A model generated the notes under the pieces. It was given only the letters and a program-made list of their open reading frames with translations, searched no databases and was not told the origin of the DNA. The position numbers were made by a program, and so were the translations under genes. A stretch of DNA of 63,947 nt, filler included, from Sandaracinaceae bacterium (GTDB lineage: Bacteria > Myxococcota_A > Polyangia > Polyangiales > JADJQN01), in NCBI GenBank assembly GCA_947483975.1. It is 3 parts of 3 records of this genome, joined end to end, with 100 filler letters (N's around TTAATTAATTAA, not from the genome) between each part and the next. Parts side by side here need not be neighbours in the genome. Positions count along the whole stretch, not along the records: positions 1 to 24,334 come from CANKOL010000035.1; 2 more parts are not named here. The stretch is one strand, 5' to 3'. Below are positions 9,774 to 18,752 of the stretch, in pieces; position 1 is the first letter of the stretch, and every line of letters begins with the position of its first letter.

Positions 9774-10403
9774 ATGTCGCGCAGCTGGCTCGGACGAGCG
9801 TACGACCGTGAGGTGCTCGGGCGCGTGCTCGACGCGGCGATGCGCGGCGTCGAGCCGCTGCGCGCGAAGCTGCTCGCCGACGCGCGGGGGCGGGTCGTCG
9901 AGCTCGGCTTCGGCACGGGCTCGAACCTGCCCTTCTATCCCGAGGCCGTGACCTCGCTCGTCGCCGTCGAGCCGAGCGAGGGGCTCGCGGAGCTCGCGCG
10001 CGAGCGGCTGCGCAGGAGCGGTCGGGCGCACGAGGTCGTCGTCGGCTCCGCGTCCCGCGCGCTGCCCCTCGACGCGCACTCGTTCGACGCGGCGGTGCTC
10101 ACCTTCGTGCTCTGCAGCGTCAAGCGCGTACCCGACTTGCTCGCCGAGGCGCGCCGCCTCCTCGCGCCGGGCGCGCCGCTCTTCGTCGCCGAGCACGTGC
10201 TCGCGCCGACGCGGGCGACGGCCACCGCGCAGCGCCTCGTGCGCCCCGCTTGGAAGGCGGCGCTCGGCGGCTGTGATCCGGCGCGCGACACCCGCGCGTT
10301 GCTCGAGGCCGCGGGCTTCGACACGCGCGAGGTGCGCGACGAGACGCTCGCGCTGCCCTTCCCGGTCAAGAGCGGCCTCGTCGGCGTCGCGCGACCGCGC
10401 TGA
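9774..10403 (+). CDS. Class I SAM-dependent methyltransferase
   Basis: VVELGFGTGSNL, VEPS, LPLDAHSFDAAV, FVLCSV, EHV, GGC motifs. Confidence 0.9.
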   Translation: MSRSWLGRAYDREVLGRVLDAAMRGVEPLRAKLLADARGRVVELGFGTGSNLPFYPEAVTSLVAVEPSEGLAELARERLRRSGRAHEVVVGSASRALPLDAHSFDAAVLTFVLCSVKRVPDLLAEARRLLAPGAPLFVAEHVLAPTRATATAQRLVRPAWKAALGGCDPARDTRALLEAAGFDTREVRDETLALPFPVKSGLVGVARPR

Positions 10404-10419
10404 GGGAGCGGAAGCGCGC

Positions 10420-10489
10420 CGTCAGACGCGCTTCTTGGTCTTGAGCGCCTCAGGCGTCGTCAGACGCGCTTCTTGGTCTTGAGCGCCTC
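10420..10489. repeat. 32-bp exact direct repeat duplicating the 3' end of the helicase gene
   Basis: cgtcagacgcgcttcttggtcttgagcgcctc at 10420-10451 and 10458-10489, separated by aggcgt. Confidence 0.9.
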
Positions 10490-12457
10490 GGTCTTCGCCT
10501 TGGCCGCGTCGCTCTTTTCCTTCGGCTTGACCTGCTTGATCGTGACGTTCGGATCGCGCGGATCGGGGTGCTTCACCGCGAGCGCGAACTCGCGCGATAC
10601 ATCCTCGGCGATCTCGATCACGGTCGACGAGCGACCGATGCGGATCCCGCCGACGTCGCGGCTCTCGATGTTGCCGCGGCGACAGACCATCGCGAGCAAG
10701 CGACGAGCGTCGGCCCCGTGCTGCTCACCCCAGTTGATGGTGAAGCTCGCCCACGGACGGGCGGCCGCCTCGACGACGGCGACGCTCTTGCGGGCAGGCG
10801 GTGCCGCGACGGGCGGAGGCGGAGGCGCGACCTCCTCGACGGCGCGAGGAGCGACCGCAGGCGGGACGACGCGCGCACGCACGCTGCGCGGAGCGACGTC
10901 GACCGCAGGCGAGTGGACCGCAGGCGAGTGGCTCGCGGCCGGGTGGATCGAGGGCGGGCGGATCGGCGCGACGTACGGCTCGCGGGGGCGCGGCGCCTCG
11001 CGCGGGCGAGGGGCCTCGCTCTCGCGCACGGAGCGAAGCTGGATGGGCTCGCGCAGGACGCGCACCGGGCCCTGCGGACGCGCCTTCACGGGCGGCGGGG
11101 GATCGAAGCGGCGCACGTCGCGCGGCTCGGGCTCGCGCACCTGCGGACCGCGCGAGAGGAGGCGGGCGATCGTCCGCTCGACGGGCCCCGCCGCGATCAG
11201 CTTGCGCGCGAGCGCGGTGGTGCGCGCGGGAATGGGCTCGTCGTCTTCGCCCGACTCGCGAGCGAGCGCGGCGACCAGGCGCTCGTCCTGCGCGAGGCGG
11301 ATCTGCTCGGCGTCCGGCACGGACTCGAAGCGGAAGCCGACGCCGGCGCGCTCGAGCACGCGGCGCGCGCCGTTCATCTCGCGCGGCGTCACGAGCACGG
11401 CGCTCGTGCCCTTGCGACCCGCGCGACCCGTGCGACCGCTGCGGTGCGTGTACGAGTCCGGATCCGTCGGCGGCTCCGCGTGAATGACGAAGCTGACCTC
11501 TTGGACGTCGATGCCGCGGGCCGCGACATCCGTCGCGACGAGGATGCGCATCGTGCCGCGCTTGAACGCCGCGAGCGCGCGCGTGCGCTCTTGTTGCTCC
11601 ATCTCACCCGAGAGCGAGCCGACGGCGAAGCCGGCCTCTGCGAGCGAGCTCATCACATGCCCGACGTCGGCGCGCGTGCGCGCGAAGACGATCGTGCGCG
11701 CCTCGGGATCAGCGAGGAGCAAGTTCACGATCGCGGCGAGGCGCTCGCGCGGCTCGATCAGCACGATCACGTGGTCGATGTCGACGTTCGCGGCGCCGAG
11801 GCGCGTGCCCTCGATGTGCGCGGGGTTCGTCTGTACGCTGTCGGCGAGGCGCCGCACATCCGGCGGGAAGGTCGCCGAGACGAGGTGCGTGGTGTGCTCG
11901 TCGGGCACGCGCCCGAGGATCGACTCGAGCGCCTCGCGGAAGCCGAGATCGAGCATACGGTCCGCCTCGTCGAGCACGACGACGGCGACCTGAGAGGCGT
12001 CGATGGAGCCGCGATCGAGGTGATCGAGCAGGCGCCCCGGCGTCCCGACGACGATGCCTGGACCGGCGGCGAGCGCGCGATGCTCCTCGCGATAGCTCGC
12101 GCCTCCCGTGACCGCGGCGAGTTTCACGCCGAGCGCGGCGTAGAGCCACGAGAGCTCCATCTCGACCTGCCGCGCGAGCTCGCGCGTCGGCGCGACGATG
12201 AGCGCGCGCGGTCGGGCGATGCGATCTTTCTGCAGCTCGCCGATGATGCCGGGCACGTCCCGCAGCACGAAGCCGATGGCGAGGGTCTTACCGGACCCCG
12301 TCTGCGAGGTGATGCGCAGGTCGCGCCCTGCGACGTCCGGGTCAAGCACCGCCAGCTGCACTGACGTGAGCGAGGTGTAACCCTTTTGCGCGATGGCCTT
12401 CGTGAGGGCCGGTCCGAGTACTTCGGGAACTGCCGAGCTGCTTCCGTCCTGGATCAT
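10460..12457 (-). CDS. deaD: DEAD-box RNA helicase (DeaD/CsdA type, C-terminal DbpA RNA-binding domain)
   Basis: Q motif, SQTGSGKT, PTRELA, TPGR, DEAD, SAT, ARGID, HRSGRTGRAG; Pro-rich linker; DbpA-like C-terminus. Start probably ATG 12457. Confidence 0.9.
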   Translation of the reverse strand: MIQDGSSSAVPEVLGPALTKAIAQKGYTSLTSVQLAVLDPDVAGRDLRITSQTGSGKTLAIGFVLRDVPGIIGELQKDRIARPRALIVAPTRELARQVEMELSWLYAALGVKLAAVTGGASYREEHRALAAGPGIVVGTPGRLLDHLDRGSIDASQVAVVVLDEADRMLDLGFREALESILGRVPDEHTTHLVSATFPPDVRRLADSVQTNPAHIEGTRLGAANVDIDHVIVLIEPRERLAAIVNLLLADPEARTIVFARTRADVGHVMSSLAEAGFAVGSLSGEMEQQERTRALAAFKRGTMRILVATDVAARGIDVQEVSFVIHAEPPTDPDSYTHRSGRTGRAGRKGTSAVLVTPREMNGARRVLERAGVGFRFESVPDAEQIRLAQDERLVAALARESGEDDEPIPARTTALARKLIAAGPVERTIARLLSRGPQVREPEPRDVRRFDPPPPVKARPQGPVRVLREPIQLRSVRESEAPRPREAPRPREPYVAPIRPPSIHPAASHSPAVHSPAVDVAPRSVRARVVPPAVAPRAVEEVAPPPPPVAAPPARKSVAVVEAAARPWASFTINWGEQHGADARRLLAMVCRRGNIESRDVGGIRIGRSSTVIEIAEDVSREFALAVKHPDPRDPNVTIKQVKPKEKSDAAKAKTEALKTKKRV

Positions 12458-12561
12458 TTCGGCGGCGTCTAGCAGCAATCGTGCCTCGGCGCGACCCGAC
12501 CCGAGCGAGCATGCGCTGTTGCCTGCCCGCGCGGACGGCGGCCGACGTCCGGCGGACGAGC

Positions 12562-13713
12562 TCAGGGCGAGCGTCGAGGGCTGCCGGAGACGCTCCCCGC
12601 GCTCGATGGACCCGGCGTCTTACTCACCGCGGCGGGCTCGGCGAGCGCGGCGCGATTGCGCCCGGCGTTCTTGGCGACGTAGAGCGCCCGGTCTGCGCGC
12701 GCGAGCCAGGCGGCAGCGCTCTCGCCCGGCACGACGGGAGCGACGCCGGCGGAGACGGTCGGCCGCACGACCGTGTCGCCAGCGGGCACGGCCAGCGCGT
12801 GCACCGCGGCGAGGAGCCTGTCGGCGAGCTTCATCGCGTCGCGCTCGTGCGCGCCTTGCACGACGATCGCGAACTCCTCGCCACCGTAACGCGCGACGAG
12901 GTCATCGCGGCGCAGGAACGCGCGCGTCAAGCACGCCGCCAGCGCCTTCAGCACGAGATCGCCGACGGGATGTCCGAGCGAGTCGTTCACGAGCTTGAAG
13001 TGGTCGATGTCGAGCAGCAGCAGCACCGAGGGGCGGCCGAAGATCGTCGCGAGCGTCGCCGAGCGCTCGAGCTGAGCGTCGAGCGCGCCGCGGTTCGGAA
13101 GCCCCGTCAGCGGGTCGTGCTCACCGCGCTTCTTCGCCTCGTCGAGCGCTTCGCCGAGCGCGTCGATGCGCTCGCCGAGCGACGCAAGCTCGCCACGATG
13201 CCGCACGCGGCGCTCCTGAATCGCCGACGCGAGCAGGTCGACGGTGGAGAGCGTCTCGCGGCGCAGATCGTCAGTCGAACCGCTCGAGGCGATCTCGCGA
13301 AGCCGCTCGAGCCGCTCGATCGCCTGCCCATCGGCCGCGCCATCGAACGCGGCGATCCGCGTCAGCCCCTGCACGAACGCGGAGACGACCGCGCGCAGGT
13401 CGCCGAGCGCGACGTCGACGTAGTGCACCTCATCGCTGCGCTGCCGCTCGAAGAAGCGCCGCAAGCCTCCGGGCCCGCTCTCGCCGCCCTCGGGAGGCGG
13501 CGTTCCGTCGAGCAGGTGCGCCGCCCAGCGCTCGCACATCGACGCGAGCGCGGCGGCCGAGCGATCGTCGGTGTCGAACGCCTGAGCGCCATAGAGACGC
13601 ACGAGCGTCGCGACGAGCGCGATGCTCGCCTCGGAAGGCCCTGCCTTCGTCGGCGCGGGCTGTTCCTGAGCCAAAACTGCCGTTGTGCTCGACTTTTTCA
13701 GGAAACCGAACAT
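12562..13713 (-). CDS. Diguanylate cyclase (cytoplasmic coiled-coil + GGDEF)
   Basis: Start MFGFLKK (ATG 13713, GAGG SD); DPLTGLPNR, DIDHFK.VND..GH..GD, I-site RRDD, active-site RYGGEEF, ALY.AK..GRN. Confidence 0.93.
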   Translation of the reverse strand: MFGFLKKSSTTAVLAQEQPAPTKAGPSEASIALVATLVRLYGAQAFDTDDRSAAALASMCERWAAHLLDGTPPPEGGESGPGGLRRFFERQRSDEVHYVDVALGDLRAVVSAFVQGLTRIAAFDGAADGQAIERLERLREIASSGSTDDLRRETLSTVDLLASAIQERRVRHRGELASLGERIDALGEALDEAKKRGEHDPLTGLPNRGALDAQLERSATLATIFGRPSVLLLLDIDHFKLVNDSLGHPVGDLVLKALAACLTRAFLRRDDLVARYGGEEFAIVVQGAHERDAMKLADRLLAAVHALAVPAGDTVVRPTVSAGVAPVVPGESAAAWLARADRALYVAKNAGRNRAALAEPAAVSKTPGPSSAGSVSGSPRRSP

Positions 13714-13730
13714 TAACGCCTCGGCGCCAG

Positions 13731-13758
13731 CAAACGGCGGGGCGCCGGGAGAACTTGA
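13731..13758 (-). promoter_or_regulatory. Sigma28 (FliA)-like promoter for the DGC gene
   Basis: Minus strand TCAAG(13758-13754)-N15-GCCGTTTG(13738-13731). Confidence 0.55.
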
Positions 13759-13804
13759 TAGCAAGCGCTCCGGTCCCCGCGTACTCGATCTGAGACGCCC
13801 CCCC

Positions 13805-13832
13805 TCAAGAGATCGGCCGGTCCTGCCGATGG
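13805..13832 (+). promoter_or_regulatory. Sigma28 (FliA)-like promoter for motAB
   Basis: TCAAG(13805-13809)-N15-GCCGATGG(13825-13832), close to the sigma28 consensus TAAA-N15/16-GCCGATAA; 23 nt before the motA ATG. Confidence 0.72.
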
Positions 13833-13855
13833 CCACCCCGAGGCTTTGAGAGAAC

Positions 13856-14716
13856 ATGATCGCCGTCGTCGGAGCAATCATCGTCATCATCGCCGTGCTC
13901 GGCGGGTTCACCGTCGCCGGGGGCAAGATCCCGGCGCTGTTCCACCTGTCCGAGTTCATCGTGATCTTCGGCGTCGCCGGTGGCTCGGTGATCATCTCCA
14001 CGCCCGTCAAGGTGATCAAGGCGACGGTCGCCAAGATCCTGCAACTCCTGAAGAAGAACCCCTTCGACAGGACGCTCTACCTCGACTCGCTGAAGCTCCT
14101 CTTCGAGTTCTTCCAGGTCGCGCGCAAGGACGGGCTCGTCGCCGTCGAGGCGCACATCGAGGAGCCGAGCAAGAGCGCGATCTTCACGAAGTACAAGACG
14201 GTCACCGCACAGCATCACGCGGTCGAATTCTTCTGCGACTCGATGCGCTTGGTGATCGCCGGCAGCGTGCCGCCGCATGACCTCGAGGCGATGATGGACG
14301 AGGAGATCGACGTCCATCACCACACCGAAACCCTCACCGTCGACACCGTGCAGAAGGTCGGCGACGCGCTCCCCGGCATCGGCATCGTCGCGGCGGTGCT
14401 CGGCATCGTCGTCACGATGGCGGCGATCTCTGGGCCCGTGGAGATCATCGGCGAGAAGGTCGGCGCGGCGCTGACGGGCACGTTCCTCGGCGTGCTCGCC
14501 GCGTACGGCTTCCTCAATCCGCTCGCGACCGCGATGGAGCACCTCAACGCGTCCGAGGCCCGGTACTACTACTTCCTCAAGGCGGCCGTCGTCGCGAGCG
14601 CCAAGGGCTTCCCGCCGATCGTCGCGGTCGAGTTCGCACGCCGTCAGATCTCGGCCGAAGCGCGCCCGACCTTCCAGGAGATGGAAGCCGCCTGCAGCAA
14701 GAAGCCGAAGGCCTGA
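13856..14716 (+). CDS. motA: Flagellar motor stator protein MotA
   Basis: Four TM helices; ARKDGLVAVEAHIE (rotor-facing Arg/Glu), ALPGIGIVAAVLG, GAALTGTFLGVLAAYG, PIVAVEFAR..RPTFQEME. Confidence 0.96.
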   Translation: MIAVVGAIIVIIAVLGGFTVAGGKIPALFHLSEFIVIFGVAGGSVIISTPVKVIKATVAKILQLLKKNPFDRTLYLDSLKLLFEFFQVARKDGLVAVEAHIEEPSKSAIFTKYKTVTAQHHAVEFFCDSMRLVIAGSVPPHDLEAMMDEEIDVHHHTETLTVDTVQKVGDALPGIGIVAAVLGIVVTMAAISGPVEIIGEKVGAALTGTFLGVLAAYGFLNPLATAMEHLNASEARYYYFLKAAVVASAKGFPPIVAVEFARRQISAEARPTFQEMEAACSKKPKA

Positions 14717-14719
14717 CGC

Positions 14720-15703
14720 GTGGCCCGCCCCTCCCGCGACACACCGATCATCATCCGCAAGAAGAAGGTGATGGGCCACGCCCACCACGGCGGCGCGTGG
14801 AAGGTGGCGTTCGCGGACTTCATGACCGCCATGTTCGCGCTGTTCTTGGTACTGTGGCTGGTGAACCAGAGCGCCGACGTGAAAGCCGCGATCGCGAACT
14901 ACTTCCAAGATCCGATCGGCTTCGAGCAAGGCGGCTCCCTTCAGCTCTCGATCACGGCGGCGTCGTCTGCGGAGTCGAGCCGCCAGCTCAACGACATCGT
15001 CGCGATTCGACGCCGCGCCACGCTCCGAACCGCTGGCGAGCGGATTCGACGTGCGCTGATGGGGAGCCCTGCGCTCGCGCAGATGGCCCGCAACGTCACC
15101 GTGGAGATGACCCCCGAGGGGCTCCGCATCGCGCTCACGGAGGACGAGGGCGCGACGTTCTTCGAGTCGGGCAGTCCGATGCTGGAAGATCGCGCAAAAG
15201 AGATCCTCACGGTCGTCGCGAACGAGCTCGCCACCCTGCCGAATCTGGTGCTGGTCGAAGGCCACACCGACGCTCGCCCGCTGCACCGCAGCGACGGCTA
15301 CTCGAACTGGGAGCTCTCGACGGATCGCGCTCATCAGGCGCGGCGCATCCTCGTCGGGCACGGCGTAGACGAGGCTCGCGTGCAGCAGGTTCGTGGCTTC
15401 GCCGATCGCGATCTGCTGGAGCCGAGCAACCCGCTCTCGCCGCGCAATCGGCGCATCACGATCACAGTGCTCGACATGCCGACTGAGGCGGCAGCCGGAG
15501 CCGACGGGGGCGTCGACGTGGTCGGGGCGAATGCGGGCGACGCAGCCGTACGCGCGGCGACGGACGCAGCTGCCGGCGTCGGCGACGGGGGCGCGCCGAG
15601 CGAAGCGGACAAGGACGCGGGCGCGGCGGCGGCGATGGGCGCCGCGGCGACGACCGACGCGGCGGTTCATGCGGCGTCGGACCGCGAGGGGGCCGCACCA
15701 TGA
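14720..15703 (+). CDS. motB: Flagellar motor stator protein MotB with Ala/Asp/Gly-rich C-terminal tail
   Basis: HHGGAWKVAFADFMTAMFALFLVLWL (proton-binding Asp); OmpA-like PG-binding domain EGHTD..NWELSTDRA..NRRI. Confidence 0.96.
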   Translation: MARPSRDTPIIIRKKKVMGHAHHGGAWKVAFADFMTAMFALFLVLWLVNQSADVKAAIANYFQDPIGFEQGGSLQLSITAASSAESSRQLNDIVAIRRRATLRTAGERIRRALMGSPALAQMARNVTVEMTPEGLRIALTEDEGATFFESGSPMLEDRAKEILTVVANELATLPNLVLVEGHTDARPLHRSDGYSNWELSTDRAHQARRILVGHGVDEARVQQVRGFADRDLLEPSNPLSPRNRRITITVLDMPTEAAAGADGGVDVVGANAGDAAVRAATDAAAGVGDGGAPSEADKDAGAAAAMGAAATTDAAVHAASDREGAAP

Positions 15704-16899
15704 GCCGCACACAGCCCACCGTCCTGATCATCGACGACGACGCCGATCTGCTGAAGATGACGGCGCTCGTGCTCGAGCGCGGCGGCGGTTGCCACGTCGA
15801 GATGGCTGAGAACGGTCAGCGCGGCGTGGAGGCTGCGCACGCGCTCGGCGCGAAGCTCGACGTCGTGCTCTGCGACTACTCGATGCCGGTGCTCGATGGA
15901 CTCGAGACCTGCCGCTTGATGCGCGCGGACCCCCTCCTCGAGGGCGTCGTGTTCGTGATGTTCACCGCGCACGCGGAGACGCAGCTCAAGATCCGCGCGC
16001 TCGACGCGGGCGTCGACGACTTCCTCGCGAAGCCAGTGGGGCAGGCGGAGCTCCTCGCCAAGACGCGCTCGTCGCTGCGCATGAAGGGTCTCTTCGACCG
16101 CGTGCGCGAAGAGCGCTCGCTCGCCGAGGCCCAGCACGCCGCGACGTCGCACAGCTTCGGTCAGCTCGTCGACCTGCTCGGGCACGTCGTGGAGCTGCGT
16201 ACTCCAGGGGCCGCCGACCGCGGAGCGCGGCTGGCTCGCGCGGCGAAGGCGATGGCGGAGCGGATGCAAGTACCGGCGGACCAAGCGCGCGCGCTCGAGA
16301 CCGCCGCGCGGCTGTTCGAGGTCGGCAAGCTGATCGACGCAGACGGCCCCGCGATAGACAGGTTCTCGGTGTCGCCGGTCCAGCGACGCGGCGTGCTCGC
16401 GGCGGCGGTGCTCGAGCGTGTGGTGGCGCTGCGCGCTGCGGCGGAGGTGCTCGGCTCCATCGGCGAAGCCTGGGACGGCACGGGCGGGCCCGATCGGCTG
16501 CGGCAGAGCGTGATCCCCTTCGGCAGCCGGATCTTGCGCGTGCTGATCGACTTCTTCTCGGAGCAAGACCGCACGAACGTGAAGAAGGCGGTCGAGGCGA
16601 TCACGACGCGCGCCGGCACGATCTACGACCCGCTCGTCGTCGGACATCTCGTGCAGCTCGCGCGCGCTCCGGAGGCTCGCGCATGGCGGGCTCACGGCGA
16701 CCGAGTGCCAGTGCGAGCGCTGGCCGAGGGCATGGTGCTCGAAGAGGACCTCCTCACCTCGTCGGGCATCAAGCTCGCCGCGAGCGGCACCCGCCTGACG
16801 CGCGGAGTGCTCGACTTGATCCAACGTCGCCACGAGAACGAGCCGTTCTTGCACGGCGCGGTCGTGAGACGCGGCACGGGCGGCGAGAGCGAAGGCTGA
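15700..16899 (+). CDS. Response regulator receiver + degenerate HD-GYP domain protein
   Basis: Intact REC domain (IIDDD, LCDYSMP, T, AKP). HD-GYP fold recognisable, but LHDIGK is LFEVGK and HHERWDGTGYP is IGEAWDGTGGP. ATGA overlap with motB. Confidence 0.85.
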   Translation: MSRTQPTVLIIDDDADLLKMTALVLERGGGCHVEMAENGQRGVEAAHALGAKLDVVLCDYSMPVLDGLETCRLMRADPLLEGVVFVMFTAHAETQLKIRALDAGVDDFLAKPVGQAELLAKTRSSLRMKGLFDRVREERSLAEAQHAATSHSFGQLVDLLGHVVELRTPGAADRGARLARAAKAMAERMQVPADQARALETAARLFEVGKLIDADGPAIDRFSVSPVQRRGVLAAAVLERVVALRAAAEVLGSIGEAWDGTGGPDRLRQSVIPFGSRILRVLIDFFSEQDRTNVKKAVEAITTRAGTIYDPLVVGHLVQLARAPEARAWRAHGDRVPVRALAEGMVLEEDLLTSSGIKLAASGTRLTRGVLDLIQRRHENEPFLHGAVVRRGTGGESEG

Positions 16900-16920
16900 G
16901 GGCCGACGACGACCGAGGGC

Positions 16921-17742
16921 TCAGCCGCCGGTCAACAGCTTGGCGCGCTCGTACTCGAGCTCGCCGCGGGCGAGCCACTCGTTGGTCAGCCCCGCGTCGA
17001 TCCCGATGGCGACGAGCGCCTCGGCGGGGGAGCGCGCATCGACGCGCTTCTCGGCCACCTGCGCGAGCACATCCGCCGCCGAGACGATGCGGGGGAGCAG
17101 TCGATCTCCCGGCTGGTGGTGATAGAGGCAGACCTCGGCGATCTCCGTAGGGAGCTGCCAGGTCGTGACGAGCGAGTGGCCCGCCGCCGCGTGCAGCGCG
17201 TCGACGATCTCGGACGCCTGCTCGTCGCCGCCCGCCGAGGGCATCCGCTTGGCGACAAGCTTCCAACATCGCGCGCGGCCGAGGTCGTGGAGCAGACCCG
17301 CGAGAAAGGCGTCCTCTGGATCGGCGGAGGCGACGCGGGCGAGCGCGCGAGCGAGCGAGGCAGTCGCCACGCCGTGCACGAAGTCGCGCGTGATCTCCCT
17401 CGCAAAACGGGGCACGTCGACGATCATCGACGCATAGGCCGTCTGAAAGAGCACGTCGCGCGCGGCCGAGCCGCCGATGTGCGAGATCGCGCGGCGCGGC
17501 GAGACATGCCGTGCCCCGCGCGCGTAGAGCGCGGAATTCGCCACCGCGAGGATGCGCGCCGCGAGAGGAGGATCGCTCTCGGCGAGCTTCACCGCCGCAT
17601 CGAGGTCGAGGTCGCTCGCGCGCGCGATGCGTAACGCCTCAGCCGCGCTGCGGGCCAGCTGCGGCAAATCGCTCGTGCCGCGCGCGAGATCGCGCTCGAC
17701 GAGGTCGAACAGACTGCCCGAGGGGTTCGTACTGACACTCAT
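16921..17742 (-). CDS. HDOD-domain protein
   Basis: LPQL, DPPLAARILAVANSALY, AISHIG, AFLAGLLHDLGR, WQLP..IAEVCLYHH; ATGA overlap with the upstream gene. Confidence 0.9.
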   Translation of the reverse strand: MSVSTNPSGSLFDLVERDLARGTSDLPQLARSAAEALRIARASDLDLDAAVKLAESDPPLAARILAVANSALYARGARHVSPRRAISHIGGSAARDVLFQTAYASMIVDVPRFAREITRDFVHGVATASLARALARVASADPEDAFLAGLLHDLGRARCWKLVAKRMPSAGGDEQASEIVDALHAAAGHSLVTTWQLPTEIAEVCLYHHQPGDRLLPRIVSAADVLAQVAEKRVDARSPAEALVAIGIDAGLTNEWLARGELEYERAKLLTGG

Positions 17743-18752
17743 TCCTGGTCGCCTTCCGTCGAGACGGGACGTGGAGGATAGCGGCTCGGACCCGCGACGA
17801 CGACCCGATTTCGCCCGGCTCGCTTTGCTTCGTAGAGCGCCGCGTCGGCGGCCTCGAGGAGCCGCCCGCGAGAGAGGCGCGCGCCCCCGACGGCATCGCA
17901 CGAGGCGACGCCGACGCTGGCAGTGACGACGGTGACGCCCGCGTCGGGCGGCATTTGAATCTCGTGGATCGCTTGCCGGTAGCGCTCCCCGATCGCGCCC
18001 GCGACCTCCGGGCGTGCCCCGCGCGCGACGACGAGAAATTCCTCGCCGCCATAGCGGGCCGCGAGGTCCCCACGGCGCGCGCGCGCACCAAGCCGCGCGG
18101 CGACGGTCTGCAGCACACGGTCACCCGCGCCGTGACCGTGCGTGTCGTTCACCACCTTGAAGTGATCGAGGTCGAGCATGACGACCACGACCGGCTCGCC
18201 GCTCTCGAGCGCGTCATCGAGCGCCTCGTCGGCGGCGCGGCGATTCGCCAGCCCGGTGAGCGGATCGCGCAGCGCCGCGTCACGCAGCGAAGCGCCGCGC
18301 TTGCGCACCCACGCGAGCAGCTCGCGCTCGCGCCGATTGCGCAGCTGCACGTGCACGCGCGCGCGCAATTCCGCGAGGCGCGACGGCGTGACGATGTAGT
18401 CGTCGGCCCCGCACATCAGCCCGCGCACGACGCTCTCCTCGTCGCCGAGGCCGCACGTGACGAGGATGATCGGCGTCAGCTTCATCTCGTCCATCATGCG
18501 CAGGTCCGCGCAGATCTCGAGGCCCGACGAGCCGGGCATCAGCACGTCGAGGATGACGAGGTCCGGTGGACGCGCGTGGATGTGCGTGAAGATGTGCTCG
18601 CCGTCCGGCAGCAGATCGACCTCGTGGCCCTCGGCCTCGAGCACGCGCGCGAAGAGATGACGTCGCGCCTCGTCGTCGTCGACGACTAGGACGCGGCGCG
18701 CGCGGTCGGGCGGCGGCGGGATGCTGAGCGCTAGCGGGATGGACGAAACCAC
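17739..18752 (-). CDS. PleD/WspR-like response-regulator diguanylate cyclase (REC-GGDEF)
   Basis: VVDDD..ILDVLMP REC domain; DPLTGLANRR, DLDHFK, RRGD I-site, RYGGEEF. Confidence 0.93.
   Translation of the reverse strand: MVSSIPLALSIPPPPDRARRVLVVDDDEARRHLFARVLEAEGHEVDLLPDGEHIFTHIHARPPDLVILDVLMPGSSGLEICADLRMMDEMKLTPIILVTCGLGDEESVVRGLMCGADDYIVTPSRLAELRARVHVQLRNRRERELLAWVRKRGASLRDAALRDPLTGLANRRAADEALDDALESGEPVVVVMLDLDHFKVVNDTHGHGAGDRVLQTVAARLGARARRGDLAARYGGEEFLVVARGARPEVAGAIGERYRQAIHEIQMPPDAGVTVVTASVGVASCDAVGGARLSRGRLLEAADAALYEAKRAGRNRVVVAGPSRYPPRPVSTEGDQE

Noticed and set aside
13856..15703. MotA/MotB as the gliding motor AglR/Q/S or as ExbB/TolQ
   Set aside because: The long cytoplasmic loop of MotA and the OmpA-like PG-binding domain with W..AFADF in MotB are of the flagellar type.
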